This document shows positions 37,581 through 49,612 of a stretch of 64,000 bases of DNA, one piece after another. The notes beneath the pieces are model-generated. The model was not told the origin of the DNA. It made no database searches and was given only the letters and a program-made list of their open reading frames with translations. This stretch comes from Elsinoe ampelina (lineage: Eukaryota): the NCBI GenBank assembly GCA_010093995.1, contig ML992511.1, positions 1,082,172-1,146,171 of the forward strand. The letters are read 5' to 3'. Each line of letters opens with the position of its first letter. The stretch's first letter is position 1. Position numbers and translations under genes: made by a program.

Positions 37581-38031
37581 GACCACCCTCGAAAAACTAC
37601 CAGAACTTGATAATGGCAGGTCTTCTCCTATGTAGTTCTTGCAGACCTGGTAGTATAATAGATGGTACTACCAGCTAGTATCGACAAGCCGGACACATGA
37701 TCTACAAAACTTGTGTCTGGTAGTATTTTGAACAGGCATCGGGTCAGCTCCGCCCTCCGGCCACCCCGCGGCATTGCCCCGCTCTCCCCTTGGGTACGGG
37801 AGTAACGAATAGGTATAAGTTACACTACCACGTCCCATTCAGACAACATCTTCCTCCCATCACTAGCCACTGGTTCCTCAATCTTACCGTACACGTACTT
37901 GATCTGTGCCAGTACATCGCTGGTAGTCGCCGTCTCTTCAGGCTTCATAACAGAACCACCACATCCAGGTTCCAGCGCATCGACTCCAGGCCCAACCTAA
38001 AATCATCATACTCCTCCCAGAACGCACCAAC

Positions 38032-39138
38032 ATGACCACCACCATGCTCGCCGCCCGCTTCCACGGGCCCCGCGACCTCCGCATCGACCGCATCCCCATC
38101 CCCGTCCCCTCCCCCTCCCAGATCCTCCTCCGCATCACTCACGCCGGCATCTGCGGCTCCGACCTCCACGAATACCTCATCGGGCCCCAAACCATCCCTC
38201 CCCCGTCCCGCCCTCACCCAATCACAAACTCCCACCTCCCCTGCCCCATGGGCCACGAATTCTGTGGCGTCGTCGCCGGCCCCTCGGACGAGCCCCCTCT
38301 CACGTCCGCGAACAAGCTCCCCTTGAATCCAGGTGCGAAAGTCGTGGTTGATCCGAGGATCTACTGCGCCCTCCCCACCTGTCCTTCCTGCTCGACTGGC
38401 GCCACGAACTCGTGCCCGAAATGGGGGTTCCATGGCTTGTCGGGTTGCTGTGGGGGTTTCAGCAGCTATGTGGCTGTGGAGAGCAGGATGTGTTACGTAC
38501 TGCCGGAGAGCACAGATTTGAGCTTCGCGGCGTTGATTGAGCCGCTTGCTGTGGCTTGGCACGCTGTCAAGGTGGCGGGGATGGAGATCCGGGGGAAGAC
38601 GGCGCTGATTTTGGGCGGGGGCCCGATTGGGATTGCGCTTTGTTATGTGCTTAGGGTGTGGGGGGCTGGAAAGCTGGTGGTCAGTGAGCCGGCGAAAGTG
38701 AGGAGGGAGTGGGTTGAGAGGGTCGCGGACCTGGTAGTAAATCCGGTGGAGGTCAAGGTAGCAGAGGAGTGTAAGCGGTTGACCGAGGGGAAGGGGGTAG
38801 ATGTGGTGTTTGATGCCGCAGGTGTGGAGAGGGGCTTGAAGGACGGGGTGGAGGCGCTGAGGTATGGTGGGACGTATGTCAATGTAGCTGGTTGGGAGAC
38901 ACCTTTTGCGATACCATGGTTTCCGTTCATGTTGAAGGACATGAAAGTACAAGGCAGTATGGCGTACAATGACGAGGACTTCGCCGAGACGGTAAAAGCT
39001 TACGCGGAAGGCAAGTTCGTTGGTGTTGAAGATATGGTCACATCTAGGATTACGCTGGAGGACACAGTGGAGAAGGGATTCGAGGAGCTGATCAGTAACA
39101 AAGATAACCACATCAAGATCATAATATCACCGGACTGA
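38032..39138 (+). CDS. Zn-dependent medium-chain dehydrogenase, butanediol dehydrogenase-like
   Basis: GICGSDLHEY, GHEF, structural-Zn Cys cluster, LIEPLAVAWH, GGGPIG. Confidence 0.92.
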   Translation: MTTTMLAARFHGPRDLRIDRIPIPVPSPSQILLRITHAGICGSDLHEYLIGPQTIPPPSRPHPITNSHLPCPMGHEFCGVVAGPSDEPPLTSANKLPLNPGAKVVVDPRIYCALPTCPSCSTGATNSCPKWGFHGLSGCCGGFSSYVAVESRMCYVLPESTDLSFAALIEPLAVAWHAVKVAGMEIRGKTALILGGGPIGIALCYVLRVWGAGKLVVSEPAKVRREWVERVADLVVNPVEVKVAEECKRLTEGKGVDVVFDAAGVERGLKDGVEALRYGGTYVNVAGWETPFAIPWFPFMLKDMKVQGSMAYNDEDFAETVKAYAEGKFVGVEDMVTSRITLEDTVEKGFEELISNKDNHIKIIISPD

Positions 39139-39199
39139 TCGAATGTAAATTGCAAATTGTACCCTATGACCTTGCGAAAAAAGAATGCCAACGAACAGA

Positions 39200-42100
39200 T
39201 CACAAGATTGCGAGTCTTTCTGTTGTCTGGACCTGCGAAACGTTTCTTGGAATAACATCGCCTTGACCAATGACTCCGCCCGAAGGATGCGCCCTCTCCT
39301 TCTTTTCCATACTGGGAAGACCCGAGAGCGCCCTGGAGTACACCAGAGCTGGTTCGGCGCCTTCATCATCGCCCCGACGCTCGCGAATCCGATTGTGTCG
39401 TCTCCAATGCTTGCTTGTTACTTTTTTGATGAGCACGCGTGCCGGGACTGAACCTACAGGCGCAACAAGACAGAGGTTATCGATACAAGTAGATCTCTTT
39501 GCCTTCAAAAGTACCGTGCTGTCCAATGTACAGAGATAGTACTGCTGTGCATCTTCCAAGGTGGCCGATTGTCCTGCCGAGTCGTGCGGGTAAAGCGTGA
39601 ACTCGGAGCCGAGCATGGTGATGACTCTATCCGCTGTTGTTGTGTCACCTGAGCAGCCAATTTTCTCGGTGCAGAGGCAGGTCACACTCATGTAGGCGAA
39701 GACCGCAGCGTCTCGCGAATCGCCCAACAGGCGGAGCCAAGCGTTTTCTGCTACGAGTGGTACTTCCAGGCATTGATCGATGGTCTCTGCAGTCGGCAAT
39801 GCGACGAGGAAAGCCGTCCCTGTCTTATCCACACCAGTGTGACGCAAGTTTTGCAGAATCCTCCAAAAGATTGCGGTCAGGTGGACCCTTGCGCCATTCG
39901 GAAGCTCGCGTAGCCAGGTGCGGAAAGAAGGCTTGTCTGCCCGCATGGCGGCATGAAGGCCAGGACGCTGGTCCAGAAGCTTCCACATCGCCACATCGAG
40001 CTCCTCTCTTTTGCGATATTCTGTGACGAGATCGGCAAGCGCGAATCGAAGCTTCACACGGCGGGCCACACTTGTGCACATGCTGACCTGCAGACCCCAT
40101 GGCTCTTCCAAGAATTGCAACAAGTCCTGGATATCAAGCAGACGCTCAATAGTATCTAGCTTCTTGTCCTTCAACGTGACGGCTGGATGCTTGTGCCATA
40201 CTAACGTCGATTGAATGCCGAGATATTGAGCTGCAGAGAGACCGGCTTGTATTTCTTGTCGATGCCAAGACGAGTTCGAGGTTCCCAGCCAATGACGACC
40301 AGCTTTCCATTTGGATGTGCGCACCGATCCGGTATTATGGCAATAATCATTCTGCCAGAGAATTGAGCCTATGATGAGGTCCTCAGAAAGGTTGAGCGGC
40401 CCCAGTCTGTCGAGGTCCAGTTCCACGGCCCTGGTCCAATGCGCGGTCGAGTCGGGAGCGTCACACTTGTATAAGAAACCTCCGTTGACGTTGATCGCGA
40501 CAGCCACATTCGGACTGCCTTTGCGAACAATCAGACGACCAGAGCCGAAAGAATCGAGGAACGATCTCGCGTTGCATGACAATGTCTGGCCCCCTTGCTC
40601 GGGAGAAACAATGGCTTCAGTGGAGAAAGCCAGTACCGGACGATTGAACATGTCATGCAAGCAAGCAAGCCTCACCTGGCCCACTCTGATCACTCCAAGG
40701 TCAACGAAACCAGACCCGTTGAGTGACAAGCTCTTCTGCTCCGTATCGAGAAAGTAGGGTTGAATACCGCGGATGTGTGATTGCGCATACGACATGGTCG
40801 CTACACAAAGGAATTGTGTTGCCAGCGTACAGAAGTGCCAGATTGCCTGGTCACCTATGTAACGTTCGTCGGACTGGTGTTGGCCGGAGAAAACCGATAC
40901 CTTGATGTTGTCAAACTGAGGGAAAAAGCCGAGGACGGCGAGAGCTGACTCCAGCAATGGTAGCTTGACAGTATTCCAATTTCCAGACGTGGCCGAATCC
41001 TGCACCCGCTGGACAAAGTCGTCAATTATTTGGAACGATAGTTCGCAAAGCTGCAGTGGACGGAGGGTTGAAGATGTGTGTAGAATGAAACTGAGGATGT
41101 TGCAGCACATGTTCGCTTCCTGCAGGGCACCCAGTGCGTGTTTCAAATCCCGGACATTAGGTCCTAGGATGGCAAGGTCTGGATAGTGTCCACCGTTCGC
41201 AGATTTGAAAGGGTATTCGATGGCGGAGCTCTCATACGTTGTATCAAAATGCACCATAGCACCGTCCGGGCTTCCGGGAACCGATTTTGGTTTGATACCC
41301 GCCAGTCCACATTTCTCTTCCACAATCTGTCGAACATCGTCCTGTAGAGAAAAGTCCACGCTGGTGACCATGTCGGGAGTAATGCCAAAAGGATTTTCGA
41401 CCACATTGGAATAGTGTATGCAGCCCTGCACGTGTTTGGTAGGATCCCACGTGGATGGGACGGGATCGGCCAGCTCATCGACCTCCATCCAAGGGCGAGT
41501 CACAAGATCGTCGAGATAGATATTTGCGATTTCCCTCTCGGAAGACCCCTCGGCCCGAAGTTCGTACATCCACGCGTTGGATCCGACGGCGATAGCATCG
41601 AAATCATCCAGCAGGAGCTGCTCCAGGGCCCTCGCGGTGGGCAAGGCCGTGAGGTGGTTGAACAAAGACAATGCCGCGTCTACCTGAGCGCTTGGTGTGG
41701 AGGTGGATACGGCGGCGGCATTCGTACTCTGACGAGCTGAACCTGGACCGGTCATGGTGCAGTCGAAATAGATTTTCTGAGGGGGCGAGGTCGATTGAGG
41801 CAGTTTCGTGCAGCAGTGGTCAGGGGACTGCAATTGCTGGTTGAACGGTGGATGATTGAAAGCAAATTCATCGAGGACGGACGGGTAGAGAGTGACGTCC
41901 TCTCTAACTCCTATGGGCGCAAGGTCGAATGTGGCTGTGGCTTTGGAGAGGGATGGTTGCGCATTCCTGACAGGGCTGCCGTCGTTGCTAATGCCAACGG
42001 ACAAAGATGGAATGCTCGTCGGGGAATCGATCTCATTGGCCTGGCCCCCTCGCATGCACTCTGGCCGAGTCTGTCTCGCCACGGAACGCAAGGCATGGAG

Positions 42101-42565
42101 CAAATTGAGTTTGATGTGACTATTGCGATGCAAAGGAGGCTTCACGAAGCCCTTTTTCTGGTTGTTCCGAGACAAAGGAGTACTATGAAAGGGTGAAGGC
42201 CTCTTTCGAGCATTGCGACGTTGATCTGGTGGTTTTGGGATTGATGCTTGGGGGACTTTGAGCTTCCAGATTAGGCCTCGGGCATGACCCCTTGCCATCT
42301 GCTTTCGTTGATATGTTGCCTTTGGTACTTTTTTGGTGAGGCACAGCTTTGGCTCACCAGATTCGATCATGTCGTGGTCGGTATGTCCAGAAGTGGTCCA
42401 GGGGTCGACATTCTTGGAACGCTTTCCTAGGCTTGATGCAGGGCGGAATTTTAGACTGTCCATGCCTGCAGTCAAATCTTCTACATGGTATCGTACTGCG
42501 CCGTTGTTGAATTGACCCTCATCGTTCCTTCGTCCGACTGGCTTTGTCGTCTCATGCGTGTACAT
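39200..42565 (-). CDS. Large uncharacterised protein (about 1100 aa)
   Basis: 3.5-kb uninterrupted ORF with a globular-looking, Cys/Trp-rich C-terminal two-thirds. Start (42565 versus 41754) and 3' end are uncertain. Confidence 0.7.
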   Translation of the reverse strand: MYTHETTKPVGRRNDEGQFNNGAVRYHVEDLTAGMDSLKFRPASSLGKRSKNVDPWTTSGHTDHDMIESGEPKLCLTKKVPKATYQRKQMARGHARGLIWKLKVPQASIPKPPDQRRNARKRPSPFHSTPLSRNNQKKGFVKPPLHRNSHIKLNLLHALRSVARQTRPECMRGGQANEIDSPTSIPSLSVGISNDGSPVRNAQPSLSKATATFDLAPIGVREDVTLYPSVLDEFAFNHPPFNQQLQSPDHCCTKLPQSTSPPQKIYFDCTMTGPGSARQSTNAAAVSTSTPSAQVDAALSLFNHLTALPTARALEQLLLDDFDAIAVGSNAWMYELRAEGSSEREIANIYLDDLVTRPWMEVDELADPVPSTWDPTKHVQGCIHYSNVVENPFGITPDMVTSVDFSLQDDVRQIVEEKCGLAGIKPKSVPGSPDGAMVHFDTTYESSAIEYPFKSANGGHYPDLAILGPNVRDLKHALGALQEANMCCNILSFILHTSSTLRPLQLCELSFQIIDDFVQRVQDSATSGNWNTVKLPLLESALAVLGFFPQFDNIKVSVFSGQHQSDERYIGDQAIWHFCTLATQFLCVATMSYAQSHIRGIQPYFLDTEQKSLSLNGSGFVDLGVIRVGQVRLACLHDMFNRPVLAFSTEAIVSPEQGGQTLSCNARSFLDSFGSGRLIVRKGSPNVAVAINVNGGFLYKCDAPDSTAHWTRAVELDLDRLGPLNLSEDLIIGSILWQNDYCHNTGSVRTSKWKAGRHWLGTSNSSWHRQEIQAGLSAAQYLGIQSTLVWHKHPAVTLKDKKLDTIERLLDIQDLLQFLEEPWGLQVSMCTSVARRVKLRFALADLVTEYRKREELDVAMWKLLDQRPGLHAAMRADKPSFRTWLRELPNGARVHLTAIFWRILQNLRHTGVDKTGTAFLVALPTAETIDQCLEVPLVAENAWLRLLGDSRDAAVFAYMSVTCLCTEKIGCSGDTTTADRVITMLGSEFTLYPHDSAGQSATLEDAQQYYLCTLDSTVLLKAKRSTCIDNLCLVAPVGSVPARVLIKKVTSKHWRRHNRIRERRGDDEGAEPALVYSRALSGLPSMEKKERAHPSGGVIGQGDVIPRNVSQVQTTERLAIL

Positions 42566-42823
42566 GATCGATGTCGATATTCTGTTAATACTCTGGTTGT
42601 TGAGATTCTCCAGTGATGGCCAATTGCTGCGGCGGATTGAGCGTCCTTTTGTAACGAAGAGAGCAGAAACGCAGGGGCGAAGGGAAGGCCATATGATCGT
42701 CCTCAGCAATCATTCGGGCTGGTTGTGCCACCTGTGGCAATCATTGCGCGGTGTACTTGACACAAGACCGGGCCTGGGTGTATGCAGAAGTGGCGCTGAG
42801 ATGCCCCTGCGCTATGGCTAGGC

Positions 42824-43573
42824 CTAGTCGGCCTCCTCGTCGGAATGATAAGCTGTAAGACCCAACGCTACAGCTTCTGGTTCAAGCCTTTGGTATGATG
42901 TTTCAATCATGAGTGATACGTCTTCCTGCTTGGATGGTGGCTCAGCGCCCCAAGGGGGTTCCGATTCGCGCAGGTTTGTATGCTCCATGTCTTTGCGAGC
43001 TCCCGTCACCATGTTCGCCGTCGCCGTGTCCGCTGCAACGATCGTGCTTGTCTTGCGTGCTTTCAGTCCTGCTATTGTCGTCGTTCTGTCTCGCTTTCGT
43101 TTCCCTTTCACGGTCCAAGACTTCTGTGCCACAACACTTGGTTGATCCTCCGTTGTTGTTCGTGCTTCACTTTCTGCCTTCAGTTGTTGGTTTCGAAAAT
43201 TGCTTAGTAGCTCCGATGTTTCCTTCCGCACCGCAACCTCTTTAGACTTGGTTGAAGCATCCAAGGATTCCAAGAAATCAATCTCGTCCTCGTCGAGCGC
43301 TCTGAACTGATTCCTCAATCGAATTGATTCTTCAAAAGCATCTTGTTTGGCAGCTATGATGGTGTCAGGTAATGCCTCTTTCGCTTCTCATATGAGCAAT
43401 CGGTCCATACCCTTGTTCTCCTCCAATTTCTCATACAACGACTTTCCATCTTGCTGGCGGTTCTGCTCGATCTTGGCCAACTTTTTTGCTTCAATTGCCT
43501 GCTGGGCTTTCAACCACTCTCCACTCCGTTCGGTGGGCTTATCGACAGTCCCGCCGGGCACGAAACGGGACAT
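42824..43573 (-). CDS. FAM192A/Fyv6 (NIP30 N-terminal domain) nuclear protein
   Basis: MSRFVPGG, KSLYEKLEENKAAKQDAFEE...NQFRALDEDEIDFL. GT-AG intron 43354-43410. Confidence 0.85.
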
Positions 43574-44047
43574 GTCGAAAGCTTGCTCGTCTGAGACAGA
43601 CGCGTTCCTCAAGTACGAGGCAACCTGTTAGCCCCAATGGATCACTGTGGATGAGCTCGACGCATGTGACCGCTTAGTCCCGGGGGGAGCTCGCCCTGAT
43701 GATCTTTGATGACTGAGCCGCAATCTATTTCAGCCTGAAAGAGGCAAGTGGGGGTTGTTGTCTCGCTGCAGGGTGGGCTGGGTGGACAGACCCTTTCTTG
43801 ATACGTCACGTCAACAGGGAAAATATTCCCTGGCTTGTATTCCTCCGGTGGGGGAACACGCCTTTTTGCCTTCACGACGCTTGGTTGAACGACGGAAACC
43901 ATCAGCGGCACAATTGCTCCGAGTGAATCCTGTGGAGATCCGGAAAGATACAAATAACGAGACGTGTCCTCCTTGCCGTCAGTACAGCATTAACTGTCCT
44001 ATTTCGTCTCAAATCCAACCTTTGACTACGCCCGCCACACCGCAAAC

Positions 44048-45207
44048 ATGTCTCTCGACCACACCAAGCAGACCTTCACTCTCAACACTGTAAGTCGCAC
44101 ATCATTATGTCTCGATGCTTGTAGATGCGGCCTCGCGTCCCTCATCATCACCGGCGTCGGATCCCGCCCCTCCCCGCCGCCCCCCGTGTTTTGCCACCCC
44201 ACCACCTACTAACACCATCCTAGGGGGCTAAGATGCCTGCAGTTGGACTGGGCACTTGGCAGTCATCGCCAGGGCAGGTCCGTGAAGCTGTAAAGGCCAG
44301 TTTGCTCGCTGGTTACCGACACATTGACACCGCTCTTGCGTATGGGAACGAACACGAGGTCGGGTTGGGCATCAAAGACTCGGGGGTACCCAGGGAGCAG
44401 ATCTGGATCACTACCAAGCTCGATAATACATATTCGAGTCTCTCCTGCACTGTTTGACGGATCATCACTGACGAGAAGTAAGGCACAAGCGCGTTGAAGA
44501 AGGCATAGAGTCCTCTTTGAAGTCTTTGGGTGTGGACTATGTGGATCTATACCTCATGGTACGTTCAGGGCCAGCGAGAGCACCAGTAGACGCCTCGTTG
44601 TCTTGCATATATCTCAGGCACGTGCTGACAAGATTGTTAGCACTGGCCAAGTGCAACGGACCCCAACGATTTGAAGAAACACCATGAGGGATGGAACTTT
44701 GTAGATACCTGGAGGGAGCTACAGAAGCTCCCCGCGTCCGGCCGTGTCAAGAACATTGGTGTCTCCAACTTCGGCATCAAAAACCTCGAGATTCTGCTCA
44801 ACGATCCATCCTGCAAGATCACGCCTGCGGTCAACCAGATCGAGCTTCACCCAAACAACCCATCCCCTAAGCTTCTCGACTACTGCAAGAACAAGGGCAT
44901 CCACTGCACTGCATACTCCTGCTTGGGTTCCACAAACAGCCCTCTCGCAAAAGACCAGACTTTGGCCAAGATCGCCGAGAACAAGGGCAAGTCGACCGCT
45001 CAGGTCCTTCTCATGTGGGGTCTGCAGCGCGGCACTTCAGTCATCCCCAAGAGTGTGACTGCCAGCAGAATCGAGGACAATTTCAAGCTCGACGGCTGGG
45101 AACTTACCCAAGACGAGATCAAGCAGCTCGACTCTCTGCCAGACCGCTTCAAGGTCTGCGGTGATGCCTGGCTGCCTGTCAAGGTCTTCTTTGGTGATGA
45201 CGAATAG
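44048..45207 (+). CDS. Aldo-keto reductase (Gcy1/Ypr1-like), about 297 aa
   Basis: [49 protein letters not shown]. Introns 44090-44223, 44432-44481 (non-canonical, see findings), 44559-44640. Confidence 0.93.
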
Positions 45208-45489
45208 ATGGAAGTCCCAGAGGGTCACATAGAATCCAAGGGGTGCCTGGCACGACATCAGTATGTTGGAGTGGCAAAAATATGTGACCTTGCCACCCAC
45301 TCAAGCTACGTATACCAGGCATCTATGATGAATAATTATACCAGAATTGATACATCAGTCGGGGCACAAACCTCATGCAAGAAGTGTCTCAATTGCTGTG
45401 CCTCACCGCGACCCAAGCAAATTAGCGAACCTGGTAGGATTTCGGCTTGATCTCGCAGATAGTCATATGTTGCTCAAACTGTATTGCAA

Positions 45490-47653
45490 CTAGAAAGAAT
45501 GCCTCATCCTCTGGGCCAGTACCCGTCCCCTCCATACTGGACGGCGGAATGCCCGTCTAACACTGGCTGGACTACCAGGCAGCTTGATGTTGTGTAGTAT
45601 TACCACCACCATCAGACCCAGCATAGCCACTGGGAGTACCCAGCCAGAATAGACGAACCCGCGGAAGACCTCTCCGTCTCCTGACGCAGCCATGCCAGCC
45701 ATCAAACAAGCCCAAATACCCACCAACAGACTACCAGCCAACCTGATCTTGTCACTCAGCTCCAACCCAGTCTTCGTCCTTTCCAACCCCACCAGCATCC
45801 CCATCAACAACACCGTACACCCTAGCGAAACAAAGAAATACACAAACACCAACCTCGCCACCCCAAACACCTCCCCATTCTCCTCCAAAACCTCTTCTAG
45901 CGCCTTCTTCGCCGCTTCCATCGCCCCCTCTGCCACCCCCTCCCCAGCAACCTGCGGCAACAACGCCGTCATCTTCTCACTATCCGGCGCCGAAAACCCA
46001 ATACTCGTGTACACCGTATTCACCAACGTGTTAAACACCAAATTCGTCGCCTCCCACGCCGCATCCATCCCCATTCCCCCAATCGCATCCTCCCCCTGCG
46101 CCCAGCCCTCCTTGCCCCCCTCCCTCCTCTCCAACAACCCCTTCCCCCCGTCCTCCCCAGCCAACGGCAGCGCCAAACTCGTCCTCAACAACTCCAACCC
46201 CACATGCGCCGTCCCGTTCCCCTTGGCGTAATGCAGCACCTCCCCGACCCCATCCGCACTTTTGAACGCCGCGTAAAAAACATCATTCACCGTCGCCTCG
46301 AGGCTCTCCACCGATGACTTGGCCACTTGGGGCGTCGAGAAGGACATGGCGGGCAGCTGGGCCATGAGCGAGTTGACGCGCACGGTGGCGGCGCGCCAGG
46401 CTATGAATTGGTTCGCGCCGTCGAGGGAGAGGACGAGGGCGAGGTGGAGGGGGAAGTGGACGAGGGCGTAGATTTGTTGGCGGATGGAGCCGAAGTGGCG
46501 TTGGGGAAGGGAGGGGAAGTGGAGGAGGAAGAGGAGGTACTGGGTTTTGTTAGTCTGGGGGGTTTGTGGGACGGAGGGGACGGGAAGGGGATGGGGCGAC
46601 GTACGATGAACAGCACGCAGCAGGCGATGTTGGCGATGGTGCTGGATGTGAAGCCGAAGATTTGGCCTTTGACTATGCTTTGGCATTTTTTGGAGAGGCC
46701 GATGATGCCTTCGCCGAGGATGATGAGGGTGAGGAGAGACATGCGTTGAACGAGGTGGGTGCCTTTGAAGCTGATGGTGCGCCAGATGCTGGAGACTGCG
46801 GTGCAGATGGCGGTTTCGAGGAATGCGACGCCGTACCAGGTTAGGTAGGCGTTGCTGTGGAGCATGTGGAAGGCAAAGTATAGCCCGAAGTAGACCAATG
46901 CTGCGATGAACTCGGTACCTGCTATGAGGGACATGGGGAGGATGGTCTCTTTCTGATGGCGGGTCTGGTAGAGGGCTTGAAGGTACTGCAGGACCAGGAC
47001 GAGTCGACTTGCCATCATGATGATGGTCAGGCTCTTGAACGAGGTCAGGTTTGGGTCGGCGATGATGGTAATGCTGTCGTCTGAGGAGAGACCCATGATG
47101 GATTCGAGCTTCTCGCCGACGTCAAAGGTGGGCCCGTTGATGGCGAAGCCGACCATGACACCGAATTGGAGGGCTTTGGCGACGCGATCGAAGATGGAGT
47201 CTTTGGAAAAGCGGACGTCGTACATGGAGACTTGGAACCAGGAGAACCATAGGATGGTGAAGAAGCCGATGTATTGGGCGAGAGCTGGTGATCGTCAGCG
47301 TGGAACAGTACAGCAAAGGGCTAGGACTTACTTGTGGTATCATTCACCTCTTTGACCGAGCAAAAGACGGTCAGGTTGGCCACGAAGAAAAGGTCGTAGA
47401 ACAGCTCGCTGTTTGTTGCTTCGGAATGTCGTTGTATCAACGGGCTGTCAAGAGAGTAGGCATCTTTGTCGTCCAAGTCTACCTCAGACAGCCCTTGGAT
47501 ATTGTTGAGTGAGAGCGTCTGTGTTCGAGATCTACTCGTCCGACGAAAGTTGGAATGAGTCCTAGGATCTACGGACCAGTCTGTCCCACTTTCCCGTCGA
47601 ACGATGGGACTGGAGAAGAAGGGAAGATGGTTGGTCTGCTGTTCGCCAGACAT
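45490..47653 (-). CDS. LtrA-like (low temperature requirement A) polytopic membrane protein
   Basis: ELFYDLFFVANL, YDVRFSKDS, HLVQRMSLLTLIILGEG, HFPLHLAL. Two GT-AG introns near 47285-47330 and 46541-46604. Confidence 0.8.
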
Positions 47654-48379
47654 GATTGGATCCGGCCTCCTCCTCTTGATATAATATTGTGGTTGTCAAG
47701 GTACGTGCAGATCGATGTGAGGCATGGAAAGGATGGAAAAGAGAGCCAAGACATTTGGTTATGAATGAAAGAGAAAGTGGCCATGAAATGGGTTCGTGTT
47801 ACCTATATTGATGCCACATGGACATGAAGGTCGAAGGATGCTCCACCTGTCTGTTCCAACAAGGTCTCTCCAAGGGTTGTGCTGTGGATTCTCCAAGCAT
47901 GGACGTTGGACAAGTCCCTGAGAAGGGGAACCGGGAACGATACAATTGAGAAGTCGCCGATCACTGAGGAATTGAACTGTCACTCTGTACAATGACATTG
48001 AACCGGACTGAAGAAGGTATCTCACCTAGGAAGCCAGAAATTCGACATGCAAGCACGCGCAGATTGTGGCAAGGCTGAATGCGAGGCCACAGATGAGACC
48101 ACCCAGACCACATACACATCTGTCCTCCGGTTCTCCGGCATTTACCGACCCGTTAAGCATGTCAAAGGAACAGATGAACATGTTTATGATGGTAAATCAG
48201 GAAGCAGTAGGTCAGTATTGTACAAAGTGGGATCAAAACTCCGCACCACACACCTCCGCCTTGGCATGATGCACCATCACCTCGTTCCTTTCCACCACAC
48301 CTCTCCACCTACTCGAGACTATTTGTTCTTGCCCATCCTTGCATCTAGCCAGCCAGAAACAACCCTTCTGATATCAGAA

Positions 48380-48703
48380 ATGTCCACCTTCGGCTCCCCC
48401 GGCGGCCCTTCCAACTTCTCCAAACCCTCCCCACCAGAACGTGGATCCTTTCCCCTCGACCACGACGCCGAATGCCAGCCCATCATGAAGCAATACCTGC
48501 GCTGTCTGCGCAGCAACAAGGGTGTCAACGTGGACGAGTGCAGGATGATGAGCAAAGCTTATTTGCAGTGCAGGATGGATCGGAATCTCATGGCTGTGGA
48601 TGAGATGAGGAATTTGGGGTATAAAGAGGAGGGGGAGGAGGGGAAGATGGCGGGAGGGATGGCGAAGGAAGGGGAGGGGGAGAGGCGGGAGAAGGGGGAG
48701 TGA
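48380..48703 (+). CDS. COX19: Cytochrome c oxidase assembly protein, twin CX9C
   Basis: PPERGSFPLDHDAEC-x9-C...C-x9-CRMDRNLM. Confidence 0.95.
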   Translation: MSTFGSPGGPSNFSKPSPPERGSFPLDHDAECQPIMKQYLRCLRSNKGVNVDECRMMSKAYLQCRMDRNLMAVDEMRNLGYKEEGEEGKMAGGMAKEGEGERREKGE

Positions 48704-49612
48704 GGTGGGAACTTGGACGAACGGGCAAGGATACGTGATTGGAAGGACTGCGCCTGTCTGAACAGCACAAAGAAGACCGTACCGGTGTTGGGATCTGAAA
48801 GGGAAGGGGTCACGCCAGCGATGATACATGAAGAGGCCACCTTCAGAGTGCAGTGCTGGCAATCAGCTCGAGCCTGGTAAGACTGGGGCCGGAGTCTCTG
48901 TACAGACACCTCGCCAGGGCACGAAGGCCAGGCCTTAAGGACCACTTGCAGTGGTGAGGAAGAGGACATGGAGCGCCAAGTGCAGTACGCGAGGACGAGC
49001 GAGGAAGGCACCATAATCAAAATCACACAGGAGAAACACGACTCTAGTAGGATCATCTCGATTGCAAAGTGGTATCTCAAGCGCCGATAAAACCCCTCGA
49101 CTTGCAACATCCCTGAACCCGGACGCTCCAACAAACAATAAACAGCAGACGGCCTCCATGTATACGCCTCAGTAGTGCATGCAGAATCAGCCATGCCCCG
49201 GTTTCAACCGAGGGGCTACCCAAATCATGTCCTCCCAAGGATGATGCCGCCAAAAGATCAATCAGAGTAAAAAATATGCGTGGTGGTTGGTCAAGGAAAA
49301 CGTGTATCGACAGGCTGGAATGTTCCTCGAGGAGAAGAGAGTCGGTGATGGTTCCGTGATGCAAGAAAGACGTAGCCGCTTATGTTTGCATCGGGGAAGA
49401 AAATCGAATCGCATGCTCCAAAAAGATCCAGTAATGCATGTGCGAGAGTATCATGTCGTGATATGTGTGTGCGATCGTGTAGCGTGAAGTTCGTGATGGA
49501 TTAAGATGTTGCGAGGGCGCGATTAAAATGGTTGGGTATCGTTGAAGATGCGTCGAATGTGCGGTGTGCTATGCATGGAAAATCAAACATGAGATCGAGG
49601 GACAAGCATGTT

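Noticed and set aside
36490..39111. Long antisense ORFs over ARG1 and BDH (similar ones at 32695-33612, 58989-59810, 60425-61522)
   Set aside because: Shadow frames expected from strong GC3 bias on the coding strand.
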